Source: Candidatus Latescibacterota bacterium
Lineage (GTDB): Bacteria > Latescibacterota > UBA2968 > UBA8231
Assembly: GCA_965248265.1 (NCBI GenBank)
Contig: CBDFJF010000001.1
Span: 576,001-640,000, forward strand
Length of the DNA stretch: 64,000 bases
Reading direction: 5' to 3'
A program made the translations under genes and the position numbers. Under the pieces are notes generated by a model that worked only from the letters and a program-made list of their open reading frames with translations, was not told the origin of the DNA and made no database searches. Below are positions 20,320 through 30,964 of the stretch, piece after piece; within the stretch, counting starts at the first letter, position 1, and each line of letters begins with the position of its first letter.

Positions 20320-20713
20320 CGGAATCCGTGACGGGCGAGCGCTCTTCCCAGTCGAAGGCCCGTCGACGGGCAGCGTACACGAAGGCGCAGAGCAGGACGA
20401 TGATGAAAACGGCAACGACACCGAGCACGGCCGCATCACCATCCAGCAACTGATTGAACCCGAGAGCCCATGGCAACAGCAGGACGAGCCCTGCTTGAAA
20501 AACCGCTGCGATGAGCGCGATTCGGTAGAAGGGCAGGATTTGAGCCGGTGTGGACTGCGTTTGAGAGTCCCGCGCGGACGCCGTGTCATCGGCTCTATCG
20601 CGGCTGAGCAAGCGTGCCCCGAACAAGAAAGCCGCCGCAAACAGAAGGATTGCGACGGCTGAGATCACGGCAGCTGGAATTTCGATTGCGACCTCGTAGG
20701 CGGGAAGAGCCAC
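20312..20713 (-). CDS. nuoA: NADH-quinone oxidoreductase subunit A-like
   Basis: Three TM helices, FYRIAL...LLPWA and a C-terminal RRAFDW; first gene of the nuo cluster. Confidence 0.82.
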   Translation of the reverse strand: MALPAYEVAIEIPAAVISAVAILLFAAAFLFGARLLSRDRADDTASARDSQTQSTPAQILPFYRIALIAAVFQAGLVLLLPWALGFNQLLDGDAAVLGVVAVFIIVLLCAFVYAARRRAFDWEERSPVTDSDG

Positions 20714-20789
20714 TGGTGCCGGGTCAACCGTCTCGCCGACACTCGGTCACGACTGTGTCAGGCTGTAATGTGGGGAACGGCCATGGAAC

Positions 20790-21038
20790 TCATTGGGCGG
20801 CGCCCACAGCCGCCGGCACGGCCTCAGGCGTGAATACCGCGTCCTTGGCGGCGTCCTCCGAGGCGCAGGAGTCGCCGGGAGACGCGCCGCAGTCGCACAT
20901 CGGCATGCCCAACTCGTCACGCATGTTTCCCAGACCACCGCAGGTGCCCTTCAAGGGTCTGTCACGAAAAATCACGCCCACAGCCATGCCGGCCATGACG
21001 ATGCCGATGATGATGAAGGCTGGAATGAGGAGTTCCAT
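20790..21038 (-). CDS. nqrM: Na+-NQR maturation protein NqrM (DUF539)
   Basis: TM helix, then GMAVGVIF...PLKGTCGGL and further Cys; lies downstream of nqrF. Confidence 0.88.
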   Translation of the reverse strand: MELLIPAFIIIGIVMAGMAVGVIFRDRPLKGTCGGLGNMRDELGMPMCDCGASPGDSCASEDAAKDAVFTPEAVPAAVGAAQ

Positions 21039-21060
21039 CGACCCGCTCCCTGCTATTACC

Positions 21061-22299
21061 CTAACCGAAGTCGTCGAAGCGGATCATCTCTTCTTCCACT
21101 CCGAGCTCGTCCAGCATGTTCATCACTGCTTGCAGCATCATCGGTGGACCGCACAGATAGTACTCGATGTCTTCCGGAGCCGCGTGGGAGCTCAGATAGT
21201 GGTCGAGGACGACCTGGTGAATGAAACCCTGGTACCCGGTCCAGTTGTCTTCTGGCAGAGGCTCCGACATGGCCACATGCCACGAGAAGTTCGGGAACTC
21301 CTCGGCGATAGCCTCGAAGTGGTCCTCGTAGAACAATTCCTTGGAGGATCGAGCCCCGTACCAATACGACACCTTGCGACCGGTCCTCAAGGTGTGGAAC
21401 AGGTGAAAAATGTGCGACCGCAACGGTGCCATGCCAGCGCCGCCACCGATGTAGACCATCTCGCGCTCGGTTTCCTGGATGAAGAACTCCCCGTAGGGAC
21501 CGGAAATGGTAGCCTTGTCTCCAGCCTTCAGATTGAACACGAAGGAAGACACGATGCCGGGGTTGACCTTCATCCAGCCGCCGATGCTCGGATCGAATGG
21601 CGGCGTGGCGATACGGATGTTGAGCATGACGATGTTGCCCTCGGCCGGGTGATTCGCCATCGAGTAGGCACGAAAAACCGTATCGGCGTTCACCGTTCGC
21701 AGATCCCACACCTTGAAACGGTCCCAGTCGCCGTGAAAACGCTCGTCGACTTCGAAATCCCTGAAGGAGCACTGGAAGGACGGTACTTCTATTTGGATGA
21801 AGCCGCCGGATTCGAAATTCAGGTTCTCGCCTTCTGGTAATTTGAGGACGAGTTCCTTGATAAAGGTTGCGACGTTCTTATTGGAGATGACCTCGCATTC
21901 CCAGCGTTTGACCGAGAACACCTCGGGCGGCACTTCGATCTTCAAGCTCTCCTTGACGGCGACCTGACATGAGAGCCGATCCCCTTCGCGGGCTTCACGC
22001 TTGGTGATCTGTTCCAGCTCCGTGGCCAGAATCTCACCGCCCCCCTCGTGTATCTTCACGACACACTGGCCACAGGTACCGCCCCCACCGCATGCCGATG
22101 AAACGAAAAGCTGGTTATCTGCCAGCACGTTGAGCAGCTTGCCGCCCGCTGGCGTGGTCAGGGTGCGTTCATCGTTGATGACGATCTCGACGTCGCCGCT
22201 GGCAACCAGCTTGGAACGGGCTGCCAGGATGACGCCCACCAGCGCCAGCACGACCATCGTGAACATGCCGACACCGGCGGTTATTTCCACGGCCATCAT
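21061..22299 (-). CDS. nqrF: Na+-translocating NADH:quinone reductase subunit F
   Basis: [42 protein letters not shown] and a C-terminal DDFG. Confidence 0.98.
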   Translation of the reverse strand: MMAVEITAGVGMFTMVVLALVGVILAARSKLVASGDVEIVINDERTLTTPAGGKLLNVLADNQLFVSSACGGGGTCGQCVVKIHEGGGEILATELEQITKREAREGDRLSCQVAVKESLKIEVPPEVFSVKRWECEVISNKNVATFIKELVLKLPEGENLNFESGGFIQIEVPSFQCSFRDFEVDERFHGDWDRFKVWDLRTVNADTVFRAYSMANHPAEGNIVMLNIRIATPPFDPSIGGWMKVNPGIVSSFVFNLKAGDKATISGPYGEFFIQETEREMVYIGGGAGMAPLRSHIFHLFHTLRTGRKVSYWYGARSSKELFYEDHFEAIAEEFPNFSWHVAMSEPLPEDNWTGYQGFIHQVVLDHYLSSHAAPEDIEYYLCGPPMMLQAVMNMLDELGVEEEMIRFDDFG

Positions 22300-22907
22300 A
22301 GTTGAATACCCGAGAAGGCCATGAAGGCCATCGCCATCAGGCCAACGGTCATGAAGGTAATCCCCAGACCCCGCAGGCCGGGGGGAACGTCACTGTAGCG
22401 CATCTTCTCGCGGATACCTGCCAACGCCACGAGGGCGAGGGCCCAACCGATGCCCGACCCCAGGCCGTAGACGACGCTCTCTCCGAAGTCGTAGTCGCGT
22501 TCCACCATGAACAGCGATCCACCCAGGATGGCGCAGTTGACGGTGATCAAGGGCAGAAAAATGCCCAACGCGTTGTAGAGCTTGGGAACGTACTTGTCCA
22601 GGAACATCTCGAGAATCTGGACGCTGGCCGCGATAACGCCGATGTAGCTGATGAGACCGACGAAGGTCAGGTCGACCCCTTCCAGGCCCAGCCATACCAG
22701 CGCGTTTTCTTTGAGCAGATAGTTGTAGACGAGGTTGTTGATCGGCACGGTCAGTGTCTGTACCACGATTACAGCCACACCGAGCCCGAAGGCGGTGGAA
22801 ACTCGCTTGGAAATGGCCAGGAAGGTGCACATGCCCAGGAAGAAGGCGAGGGCGATGTTCTCGACGAAGATCGCCTTGACGAAGAGATTCAGATAGGCCT
22901 CAAACAT
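22296..22907 (-). CDS. nqrE: Na+-NQR subunit E
   Basis: [29 protein letters not shown]. Confidence 0.97.
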   Translation of the reverse strand: MFEAYLNLFVKAIFVENIALAFFLGMCTFLAISKRVSTAFGLGVAVIVVQTLTVPINNLVYNYLLKENALVWLGLEGVDLTFVGLISYIGVIAASVQILEMFLDKYVPKLYNALGIFLPLITVNCAILGGSLFMVERDYDFGESVVYGLGSGIGWALALVALAGIREKMRYSDVPPGLRGLGITFMTVGLMAMAFMAFSGIQL

Positions 22908-22911
22908 CGGC

Positions 22912-23535
22912 TCAAGCCTCCTCTTCGATCTGTTCGGTCTTGAAGGAACGCAGCACCCAGATGAAACCGCCGATTATGAAGAAGGCACTGGGAGGCAGCA
23001 GCATCAATCCGTTGGGGACGTACCAGCCGCCCTCGGTGTTGAGGGCCAGAATCTCCAGACCGAAGAAATTGCCGGCGCCGAACAGCTCCCGCAACACTCC
23101 CACGCACAGCAGTATGACACTGTAGCCGAGGGCGTTGCCCAGGCCGTCCAGCATGCTCATGCCGACACCATTCTTCATGGCAAATGCTTCGGCGCGCCCC
23201 ATGACGATGCAGTTGGTGATGATCAGCCCGACGAACACGGACAGCTGCTTGCTGATATCGAAGGCGTAAGCCCGCAGAAACTGGTCCACGATGATGACGA
23301 GTGAGGCGATGATCGTCATCTGCATGATCATGCGGATGTTCGACGGCATGTGATTGCGAATCAGACTGACGGCGCCGTTGCTGAACACGAGTACGAAGAT
23401 GACCGCCAGACACATGGTCACGGCCGTTTCCATCTTGCTGGTCACCGCCAGCGCCGAACAGATTCCGAGAATCTGCAGAGCGATCGGGTTGTCGTCGAGA
23501 ACGGGACCGAGGAGAGTTTCCCGTGCCTTACCCAT
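22912..23535 (-). CDS. nqrD: Na+-NQR subunit D
   Basis: [17 protein letters not shown] and [16 protein letters not shown]. Confidence 0.97.
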   Translation of the reverse strand: MGKARETLLGPVLDDNPIALQILGICSALAVTSKMETAVTMCLAVIFVLVFSNGAVSLIRNHMPSNIRMIMQMTIIASLVIIVDQFLRAYAFDISKQLSVFVGLIITNCIVMGRAEAFAMKNGVGMSMLDGLGNALGYSVILLCVGVLRELFGAGNFFGLEILALNTEGGWYVPNGLMLLPPSAFFIIGGFIWVLRSFKTEQIEEEA

Positions 23536-23547
23536 TGGGTTTTCCCG

Positions 23548-23571
23548 TGTTTGATACCATGTTTGATACCA
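23548..23571. repeat. 12-bp tandem duplication TGTTTGATACCA x2 in the nqrC-nqrD spacer
   Basis: Identical copies at 23548-23559 and 23560-23571. Confidence 0.75.
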
Positions 23572-23575
23572 TTGT

Positions 23576-24349
23576 CTATCCGGCTCCTTGCGTCTTCAGT
23601 TTGGCCAGGTAAGGACCGTAGCCGTCTGCACTCAACCAGTAACGCAGCATGTAGTGAACACCGCGTGATGTAATCGTGGCCCCGGAAAGGCCGTCCACCT
23701 TGAATTCGGATCCCTTGTCGGCGGGATTGACGCGGCCCTTGATGACTGAAATTTTCGCCTTCCCCGTGGCATCAAACGCCTGCTTGCCGTTCCACAACGC
23801 CTTCCACGTGGGATTGTCGACCTCGCCGCCCAGACCGGGAGTCTCTGCGTGCTCGTAGAAGACGAGGCCCTTGATCGTGGTCAGATCAGCGGCATCGAGA
23901 GCCAGGAATCCGTAGAGGGTCGACCATAGCCCCTTGCCATGAACGGGAAGGATGACTTTGTCGAGCCGGTCACCCTTGCTCACGATATAGACGGACGCGT
24001 TTTTAGCGCGCCGTTTGATTCCAGCCCGCTCCAAGTCCGAGGTCTCCTGACTCGTGGCCGGGTCAGCAGCCGCCTTGCGCGTGTCGTAGGTCGACGCGTC
24101 GATATCCTCAGCATACTGCCCCGTAGACAGGTCGACGACCTTGGGCTCGATGCTCTGGTAGGCGGCGTCGATGTCGATTCCCTCTTCGTACAGTCCGGCG
24201 GCGGTGAGGATGTTGCGTTTTTTATCGAGCGCCTTGTTGATATTCTGCGTTGGCCGCAGCACTACCGCCGCACTCGACACCAGCACCGAGCAGGCAACGC
24301 AAAGCAGAAAGGCGACCGTGAAGGTCTTGGTGATCGTATCTCGCGGCAC
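23576..24349 (-). CDS. nqrC: Na+-NQR subunit C
   Basis: [16 protein letters not shown] and the FMN-Thr motif VDGLSGAT. Confidence 0.97.
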   Translation of the reverse strand: MPRDTITKTFTVAFLLCVACSVLVSSAAVVLRPTQNINKALDKKRNILTAAGLYEEGIDIDAAYQSIEPKVVDLSTGQYAEDIDASTYDTRKAAADPATSQETSDLERAGIKRRAKNASVYIVSKGDRLDKVILPVHGKGLWSTLYGFLALDAADLTTIKGLVFYEHAETPGLGGEVDNPTWKALWNGKQAFDATGKAKISVIKGRVNPADKGSEFKVDGLSGATITSRGVHYMLRYWLSADGYGPYLAKLKTQGAG

Positions 24350-24364
24350 AGGAATCGTCCCCTG

Positions 24365-25594
24365 TTAGGCGGCGGTGCGGACAAGCCGCCGTTTGATGTT
24401 CGCCTGGACGACGAAATAGTCGAAGACCGGGGCGAACACGTTGCCGAACAAAATTGCCAGCATCACACCCTCGGGAAAAGCCGGGTTGACGACGCGAATC
24501 AGGGCCGTCATGATGCCGATGACACCTCCGTAAATCCACTTACCGCTGTTGGTGAACGAGGCAGATACCGGGTCCGTCGCCATGAAAACGCACCCGAAGG
24601 CGAAACCACCCAGCACCATGTGCCACAGTGCGCTCATACCGAACATCGGGTTTGTCGAACTGTCGACAGTGGCCAACAGGGCTGAGAGCACAAACGTAGT
24701 CAATGTCATACTCAGCATGATGCGCCATGATCCAAGGCCGGTCGCGATCAGAATGAAGGCTCCGATCAAACACGCCAGCACCGAAGTCTCTCCCATGGAT
24801 CCTGGTTGGAGACCGAGAAAACCATCCCACAGGGTTACCGCGCTACCCGAAACCGATCCGCTGTCCATCGCGCCCATGCCCTCGGCCGCGACCAGGCCCA
24901 ACGGCGTGGCGTGAGAGAATCCATCGACGGCGACCCAAACCTTGTCACCGGTGATCTCAGCGGGATAAGCGAAATATAGAAATGCGCGAGCGGTTAGCGC
25001 TGGATTGAGAAAATTCTTGCCCGTTCCCCCGAAAATCTCCTTGCCGATGACGACACCGAAACTGATCCCAACAGCCACCTGCCACAGCGGTATTGTGGGC
25101 GGGAGCGTCAGCGGAAACAGCATACCGGTAACCAGGAAACCCTCGTTGATCTCGTGGCGGCGTATGATCGAAAACAGAGCTTCCCAGAAGCCGCCGGCCA
25201 TCTGACAAACGAGGAACACAGGTATGAAATAGAGGGCACCGTGGAAGATGTTGGCGAAGAAACTGTTGGGACTGTAGCCGATCTCCAGCGCGTCGATGAT
25301 GACGCCGCGCCAGCCCCCGGCCGTTTCCGCTCCGAGACTGGCCAGCGCCAGATTGGTCTGGTAGCCGGTGTTCCACATGGCCATGAAAATGCAAGGCACC
25401 AATGCCCCCACGACCATGATCATGGTACGCTTGAGGTCTAGGCTGTCGCGTACGTGCGAAGCACCCTTGGTGACGTCGGCCGGCGTGTACAGGAAGGTGT
25501 CTATCATCTCGAACGCGGGGTACAACCGTTCGAGCGGCGCGCCTTTCTTGAACGCCGGCTCGGCCTGATCCAACATCTGCCTTAGCAGCTTCAT
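24365..25594 (-). CDS. nqrB: Na+-NQR subunit B
   Basis: [18 protein letters not shown] and the FMN-Thr motif DGFSHAT. Start at ATG 25594 (TGATG overlap). Confidence 0.97.
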   Translation of the reverse strand: MKLLRQMLDQAEPAFKKGAPLERLYPAFEMIDTFLYTPADVTKGASHVRDSLDLKRTMIMVVGALVPCIFMAMWNTGYQTNLALASLGAETAGGWRGVIIDALEIGYSPNSFFANIFHGALYFIPVFLVCQMAGGFWEALFSIIRRHEINEGFLVTGMLFPLTLPPTIPLWQVAVGISFGVVIGKEIFGGTGKNFLNPALTARAFLYFAYPAEITGDKVWVAVDGFSHATPLGLVAAEGMGAMDSGSVSGSAVTLWDGFLGLQPGSMGETSVLACLIGAFILIATGLGSWRIMLSMTLTTFVLSALLATVDSSTNPMFGMSALWHMVLGGFAFGCVFMATDPVSASFTNSGKWIYGGVIGIMTALIRVVNPAFPEGVMLAILFGNVFAPVFDYFVVQANIKRRLVRTAA

Positions 25595-26958
25595 CAGCCT
25601 TCTTTCTCGAGAATGTCCAGACTGGAGCGCAACAGTGGGCCGTACTCGGTCTTCCCTGGACAGACGAAGGTGCACAGACCCAGATCCTCTTCATCCAGTT
25701 CCAGGCAACCCAGATCCTGGGCCCTGTCGACGTCGCCGACGATGAGCGCCCGCAAAAGGAAGGTGGGCAGAATATCGAGAGGCATGACCGTTTCGTAGGA
25801 TCCGATCGGTACCATGGCCCTGACGCTGCCTTCCGTCGAAGTCGTGAAATCAAACCTCTTGCCGTTGCCGAGAAACTTGGAGAGGAAGACGCTCTTCACC
25901 GAGAACTTGTCCAGACCCGGATCCTGCCAGCCCAGAAACTCGCGCTGCGTCCCCTCGCTGACCGCACCCACCTGTAGATGGTATCGACCCAGGAAATCAC
26001 CCGAACCTTCGGCCGTCCTCCCTGACAGTGCAGGGCCACTGATCAAACGGTTGTGACCGGCCTCCACCTGCCCGGCTGCAAGTTCGCTGATGCAGGCCCC
26101 TACCCGGGTGCGCAACAGCCTCGGCCTGTTGACGACCGGCCCGCTCAGTGCGATGACGCGCTCGGTCCAGATGCTGCCGGTGGTCAGCAACTTACCGATG
26201 GCGATGGTGTCCTGGTAGTTGATCCAGAAAACGGTCTTGTTGACGCCTGCTGCTTCCAGAAAATGGATGTGAGTGCCGGCCAGTCCCGCGGGATGAGGAC
26301 CACCGAATTCCGCGATGGAGATGTTGGGACCCTCCGGCTCCGGCATACCTGAGCCCGGCGCCTTGCAGACAAAGAGCTCGCCCTCGGTGAGCTTCGCCAG
26401 TGCGCGTACGCCAGTGGCGAAGTCCTCTTCATGGCCGGCGGCGGCGATGCTGGGATCAGCTGCCAGCGGATTTGTGTCCATGGCAGTGACGAAGATGGCC
26501 CGCGGAGCCGTGTCTGGTGTCGGCACCTTGCTGAAGGGACGTGCCCGCAACGCCGTCCACAATCCCGATTCGACCAACAGGTCCTTGATCTGGTCGGCCG
26601 TGAGATCTGCAGGTGCGGCCGGAATGTCGAAAGTCTGCGCCCTCTCTTGACTGGGTAGGCTCAGTTCAACGACAACCGACAGCAGTGCCCGCTTGGCGCC
26701 GCGATTGATCGCCACCACTTTGCCGCCACCCGGCGAGGTGAACTTGACTCCCGGGGTGCGCTTGTCTTCGAACAGGAGCTGACCGGTTGCGACATCATCA
26801 CCTTCCTGAACGGCCATGGTCGGTCGGAGCCCGTGATGATCGGGGCCGACGACGGCGACCTGCGTCACGGCGGGCGCATCATCGATGGCCTGGGCGCAGT
26901 CTCCGGAAATTGGCAGATCAAGACCCTTCTTCAGGGAAAAGGATCGACGCTCACCCAT
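25594..26958 (-). CDS. nqrA: Na+-NQR subunit A
   Basis: [35 protein letters not shown]. Confidence 0.97.
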   Translation of the reverse strand: MGERRSFSLKKGLDLPISGDCAQAIDDAPAVTQVAVVGPDHHGLRPTMAVQEGDDVATGQLLFEDKRTPGVKFTSPGGGKVVAINRGAKRALLSVVVELSLPSQERAQTFDIPAAPADLTADQIKDLLVESGLWTALRARPFSKVPTPDTAPRAIFVTAMDTNPLAADPSIAAAGHEEDFATGVRALAKLTEGELFVCKAPGSGMPEPEGPNISIAEFGGPHPAGLAGTHIHFLEAAGVNKTVFWINYQDTIAIGKLLTTGSIWTERVIALSGPVVNRPRLLRTRVGACISELAAGQVEAGHNRLISGPALSGRTAEGSGDFLGRYHLQVGAVSEGTQREFLGWQDPGLDKFSVKSVFLSKFLGNGKRFDFTTSTEGSVRAMVPIGSYETVMPLDILPTFLLRALIVGDVDRAQDLGCLELDEEDLGLCTFVCPGKTEYGPLLRSSLDILEKEG

Positions 26959-27077
26959 ACGTGACTGTCAGACCTCCACAGATCGCCTCGCGGACACGGT
27001 ATCCAGCCCAGGAACCATGGCGGTTGCTATTATTGTCGGAAAGAGAAAGATTGGAATCGCTAAATCGCACTGAACGC

Positions 27078-27178
27078 TGTGACCATGGTTGTGACCAAGG
27101 GCAGTGATCAAAAGGCAGTGATCAACAATGGTGGGCTCGTGGAAATACCGGCCGTAAATACCGTAAGTGCCGTAAATA
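27078..27178. repeat. Cluster of short direct repeats in the nqrA leader
   Basis: TGTGACCA x2 (27078, 27090), GGCAGTGATCAA x2 (27100, 27114) and CCGTAA x3 with 9-bp period (27152, 27161, 27170). Confidence 0.7.
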
Positions 27179-27208
27179 AAACAACCTAAGTGCAGTTGAT
27201 AACATCCT

Positions 27209-27237
27209 ATCCTAAGGCGATTTAGGGCTGATGTCAA
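27209..27237 (-). promoter_or_regulatory. Sigma70-type promoter for the nqr-nuo-atp run
   Basis: Minus strand TTGACA (27237-27232), 17-nt spacer, TAGGAT (27214-27209). Confidence 0.75.
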
Positions 27238-27366
27238 GGAGTGTTAAAGAGCGCTGGCCTCGTGGTAGTTTTGCTTTCCCTGCGAACATCCAGGGCTCAG
27301 CCGGTGTCTACCGAAAATAAGCCCTGTTGAGCCAATACTTTCCCGCAACCGGATGGATTAGGACTG

Positions 27367-29256
27367 ATGATTCGATCCTTGCTCATGTGCCGAAGTGGCA
27401 TGGCTGTGTGTTTGGTAGGCATTTTTGCCACCTCGAATGCCGTTACTTCCGAAACACCGCCTCAACGTGAGGCTTACCTGCTGCCAACCGTCTACGTCAG
27501 TGCCTCACGCATGCCTGTCGACGGGGAAGGGGCGCGAAACGTCCTCGTCATCGATAGCGACGAGATCTCCCGGATGGCTCCAGAAAGCATTACCGACCTG
27601 CTCGCCGGCCTACCTGGTGTCGACGCCCGGACCCGAGGACCCTTTGGAGTGCAGACCGACCTGGAGGTGAATGGCGCGACCTACAGTCAGGTGCTCGTCC
27701 TCGTCGACGGTATGCGAGTGAACGATCCGCAGACTGGTCACCACACCATGAACCTGCCGTTTACTCCTCAGGATCTCGAACGAGTGGAAATCACTTACGG
27801 ACAGGGGTCCGCCGTCCACGGACCGGACGCCCTGGGTGCTGTCGTCAATCTGGTCCCTCGGGACGATGCAGCCAATCGGCTCAGTCTGACTGGTCATTGG
27901 GGCGACACCCAGGGGGGTAACACCTTCGACGATGCGCTGGAGGTGGCTCGCGGCGGCCAGGATGCCAGCCTGAACTACGGACTGCGGGGAGAGTGGGGGT
28001 CCGTCTGGGCGGCGGTGGGAAAAAGTCGCTCGGGCGGTTATCGCCCCGACACCGACTTCGACGCGGATCGGGCGATGGCGTCAGCACGCCTGCCCCTCGC
28101 CGCGGGACACTTGAGCTTGCTCTGGGGTGTGCAGGACAAGGCATTCGGAGCCAATCAGTTTTACGGTGACTCCAACTCAGTGGAGTGGACGAGGAACTGG
28201 CTGTACAGCGCCCGGTACCGTAGAGCCACCGCGAGTTCGCGCTCGATTGAGGCCGCCATTTCCTACAAACGGCATCGCGATCGCTTTGTCTGGATCAGGG
28301 GCAATCCAGCTTATTCCGAAAACATCCACACCAGCGAGTTGGTCACGGCGCAGGTCCATGCAACGGTGGCTTCTGGGTCTTGGGGAGCCGTGGTTGCTGG
28401 CAGCGAGGTCGCTCAGGAAAAGATCGACAGTAACAACCTCGGCGATAGACAGCAAAACCGGGGCGGCGTGTTCTCCGAGTACGTCGGCGGCGCGGGTCGC
28501 TGGAGCTACAGCGCGGGCGCACGCTTGGACAACCACGAGGAATTCGGCTGGGAAAGCTCGCCGTCGCTGGCTCTGAGCCTTCGGCACACCCCGAAAACCA
28601 GGTATTTCGCCTCGGCTGGACGTTCTTTCCGGGCTCCGGACTTCACCGAGCGATTTCTGAATTCTCCCGCGAACACCGGCAATCCCGATCTCGAAGCGGA
28701 GAACGCCTGGTCCTACGAACTTGGTGCCCAGATCACCCCAGCCAAGGCAGTACAGGTAACGACGACGGGGTTCGCCCGTTTCGAGAAAAACCGGGTCGAC
28801 TACATCAGCCGCGTGGACCCAGTGCAGTGGAAGGCAGAAAATTTGGGCGAGATGCGCACCCTGGGTATGCAACTGTCTGCTTCCGGAAGCTGGCCGGTCG
28901 TGCGCACACGGCTCGACTATACACTCGTGGACAAGGAACAGACTCTGGAGAACGGCGTACAGTCAAAGTACGTGTTCACCCAACCACGCCATCAGTTGGG
29001 CCTGCGATTCGACCACGCCCTTCGCGCCGGATTCGAAGCGGGTTGGATCCTGACTGCGAAAGAACGCAGTGTGCAGGAAGACTACATGGTGATAGATCTG
29101 ATCGTGCAACGGCGTTTTGCCCATGGCCGCTCGTTGCTGCGCATCCGCAATCTGACGAATCGGCACTACGAATCTGCCCTCTATAATTCACATCCACCCC
29201 GCGGCATACCGATGCCGGGGCGCTGGTTCAGTCTGGAGACTCAGATCGACCTGTAA
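27367..29256 (+). CDS. TonB-dependent receptor (plug plus barrel, BtuB-like family)
   Basis: Signal peptide; TVYVSASR TonB-box region; VLVLVDGMRVNDPQTGHH plug; GNPDLEAE; PMPGR near the C-terminus. Confidence 0.92.
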   Translation: MIRSLLMCRSGMAVCLVGIFATSNAVTSETPPQREAYLLPTVYVSASRMPVDGEGARNVLVIDSDEISRMAPESITDLLAGLPGVDARTRGPFGVQTDLEVNGATYSQVLVLVDGMRVNDPQTGHHTMNLPFTPQDLERVEITYGQGSAVHGPDALGAVVNLVPRDDAANRLSLTGHWGDTQGGNTFDDALEVARGGQDASLNYGLRGEWGSVWAAVGKSRSGGYRPDTDFDADRAMASARLPLAAGHLSLLWGVQDKAFGANQFYGDSNSVEWTRNWLYSARYRRATASSRSIEAAISYKRHRDRFVWIRGNPAYSENIHTSELVTAQVHATVASGSWGAVVAGSEVAQEKIDSNNLGDRQQNRGGVFSEYVGGAGRWSYSAGARLDNHEEFGWESSPSLALSLRHTPKTRYFASAGRSFRAPDFTERFLNSPANTGNPDLEAENAWSYELGAQITPAKAVQVTTTGFARFEKNRVDYISRVDPVQWKAENLGEMRTLGMQLSASGSWPVVRTRLDYTLVDKEQTLENGVQSKYVFTQPRHQLGLRFDHALRAGFEAGWILTAKERSVQEDYMVIDLIVQRRFAHGRSLLRIRNLTNRHYESALYNSHPPRGIPMPGRWFSLETQIDL

Positions 29257-29293
29257 CGGTTCAGCATCCAGGCACAGTAGCGGTACGTGATTC

Positions 29294-29322
29294 TTGACCC
29301 GTGCAAAGCGGGGATCTATTAT
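29294..29322 (+). promoter_or_regulatory. Sigma70-type promoter upstream of the AgcS symporter
   Basis: TTGACC, 17-nt spacer, TATTAT. Confidence 0.6.
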
Positions 29323-29419
29323 TGGCCAACGCCGCAAAACGAGCCTGCCTGTGCTGCAGGCCGGCGTGCCCACGACCATCCCTTTTTGTGCTAATCCTGT
29401 CCAGTAATTTTCCACAAGG

Positions 29420-30964
29420 ATGAAAATGCCGATGCTGCCGCGCGTGCTGATGCTGTTGATGCTCCTGTTGATTGTGACTGGGGACTCGACTCCCGCATGG
29501 AGCGCCACCGGAGAAGAAGCAACGACCTTGACCGAAGATCTGGACGCGGCCTTCGGTTCCATCGTGAAAGCCCTCATCTTCGTCATCTTTGCCGACTTCG
29601 GCACTGGACTGCCTCTCGTCGTCGCCGTGCTGTTGGGAGGTGGCATCTTCTACAGCTTTTACTTTCGCTGGTTGCCGATCCGCGGCTTCCGCCACGCCAT
29701 CGACGTGGTCCGCGGACGCTATGACGAGCCGGATGACCCGGGGGAAATCAGCCACTTTCAAGCACTGAGCAGCGCCTTGTCCGCAACCATTGGACTGGGC
29801 AACATCGCCGGCGTCGCTATCGCCGTGAGCCTGGGCGGTCCGGGCGCCGTGTTCTGGATGCTGATCACGGCCGTGTTCGGCATGTCCTCCAAGCTCGCCT
29901 CGTGCACCCTGGCGGTGATGTATCGGAAGATCAACCCGGACGGTCATGTATCGGGTGGGCCGATGTATTACCTGGAACAGGGGCTGGCGGCCAAGGGTCC
30001 AGCCTGGGGCGTTCTCGGGCGCACACTGGCCGTCATCTTTGCGATCCTGACCATCGGCGGCAGCCTTGGGGGCGGCAACATGTTCCAGGCCAATCAGACC
30101 CTCGAGATCTTGAGCACCGTTTCCCCGGTGTTTCGTGAGTACAACTGGGTGGTCGGCATCGTCCTGGCCTCCTTCGTGGCCCTCGTCATCATCGGCGGCA
30201 TTCGCCGCATCGGTCACGTGACCTCCCGCATAGTACCGTTCATGTGTGTGTTGTACCTGTTGACGTCGGCACTGATCGTCCTGTCACACGCATCCCTGAT
30301 ACCGGACATGATCGCCAAGATCGTCTCCGATGCTTTCACCGGGCCGGCGATGTATGGAGGATTCGTCGGAGTGTTGGTGATGGGCATTCGCCGCGCTTCG
30401 TTTTCCAACGAGGCCGGCCTCGGATCGGCCGCGTTCGCCCATGCGGCGGCGCGCACCAATGAGCCGGCGCGCGAGGGCATGGTTGCCATGCTCGGTCCGT
30501 TCATCGACACCATCGTCGTGTGCATGATGACGGCGATGGTTTGTATGATCACTGGGGTGTACGCTGACCCGGAGTTCCAGGCCTCTCAGGGATTTTTGGT
30601 CGGCTCCAAAATGACCGCCGCCGCGTTCGAGTCCTTCATACCGGGTGCCCGGTATGTTCTGGCCGTGGCGGTTTTGCTGTTTGCCTACTCGACGATGATC
30701 TCCTGGTCATACTACGGTGAGCGCGCCTGGGAGTACTTGTTCGGCATGGGCTCCACGCTGATCTATCGGATCATCTTCGTCTGCTTCGTGTTCGTAGGCG
30801 CCGTAACGGCCCTCAGCAACGTCCTCGATTTCTCCGACATGATGATCCTGGGTATGGCCTTCCCCAATATTGTCGGCGGGGTGATACTGAGTCCGCGGAT
30901 CAAGGCCTGTCTGAACGAGTACTGGGATCGCTACAAGAGCGGTGAGATGGTGCGCATCAAGTAG
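29420..30964 (+). CDS. Alanine/glycine:cation symporter (AgcS family)
   Basis: GEISHFQAL, GLGNIAGVA, GGPGAVFWM, GGPMYY, FSNEAGLGS. Confidence 0.96.
   Translation: MKMPMLPRVLMLLMLLLIVTGDSTPAWSATGEEATTLTEDLDAAFGSIVKALIFVIFADFGTGLPLVVAVLLGGGIFYSFYFRWLPIRGFRHAIDVVRGRYDEPDDPGEISHFQALSSALSATIGLGNIAGVAIAVSLGGPGAVFWMLITAVFGMSSKLASCTLAVMYRKINPDGHVSGGPMYYLEQGLAAKGPAWGVLGRTLAVIFAILTIGGSLGGGNMFQANQTLEILSTVSPVFREYNWVVGIVLASFVALVIIGGIRRIGHVTSRIVPFMCVLYLLTSALIVLSHASLIPDMIAKIVSDAFTGPAMYGGFVGVLVMGIRRASFSNEAGLGSAAFAHAAARTNEPAREGMVAMLGPFIDTIVVCMMTAMVCMITGVYADPEFQASQGFLVGSKMTAAAFESFIPGARYVLAVAVLLFAYSTMISWSYYGERAWEYLFGMGSTLIYRIIFVCFVFVGAVTALSNVLDFSDMMILGMAFPNIVGGVILSPRIKACLNEYWDRYKSGEMVRIK

Noticed and set aside
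8340-20713. Calling the nuo cluster a set of pseudogenes
   Set aside because: No frameshifts or internal stops, near-normal lengths, preserved coupling and intact Fe-S motifs. Relaxed selection still needs a dN/dS test.
20614-21840. 408-aa plus-strand ORF
   Set aside because: Antisense to nqrF and nqrM, with no recognisable motifs.
26968-27237. 89-aa leader ORF upstream of nqrA
   Set aside because: It begins at the -35 box of the predicted promoter, and its periodic residues simply reflect the DNA repeats.
27238-27366. Cobalamin riboswitch before the BtuB-like receptor
   Set aside because: No B12-box or other conserved element recognised, and the region is short.
29257-29419. Glycine riboswitch before the AgcS symporter
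   Set aside because: The GGAGA...CCGAAG...CTCTCAGG core motifs were not seen.
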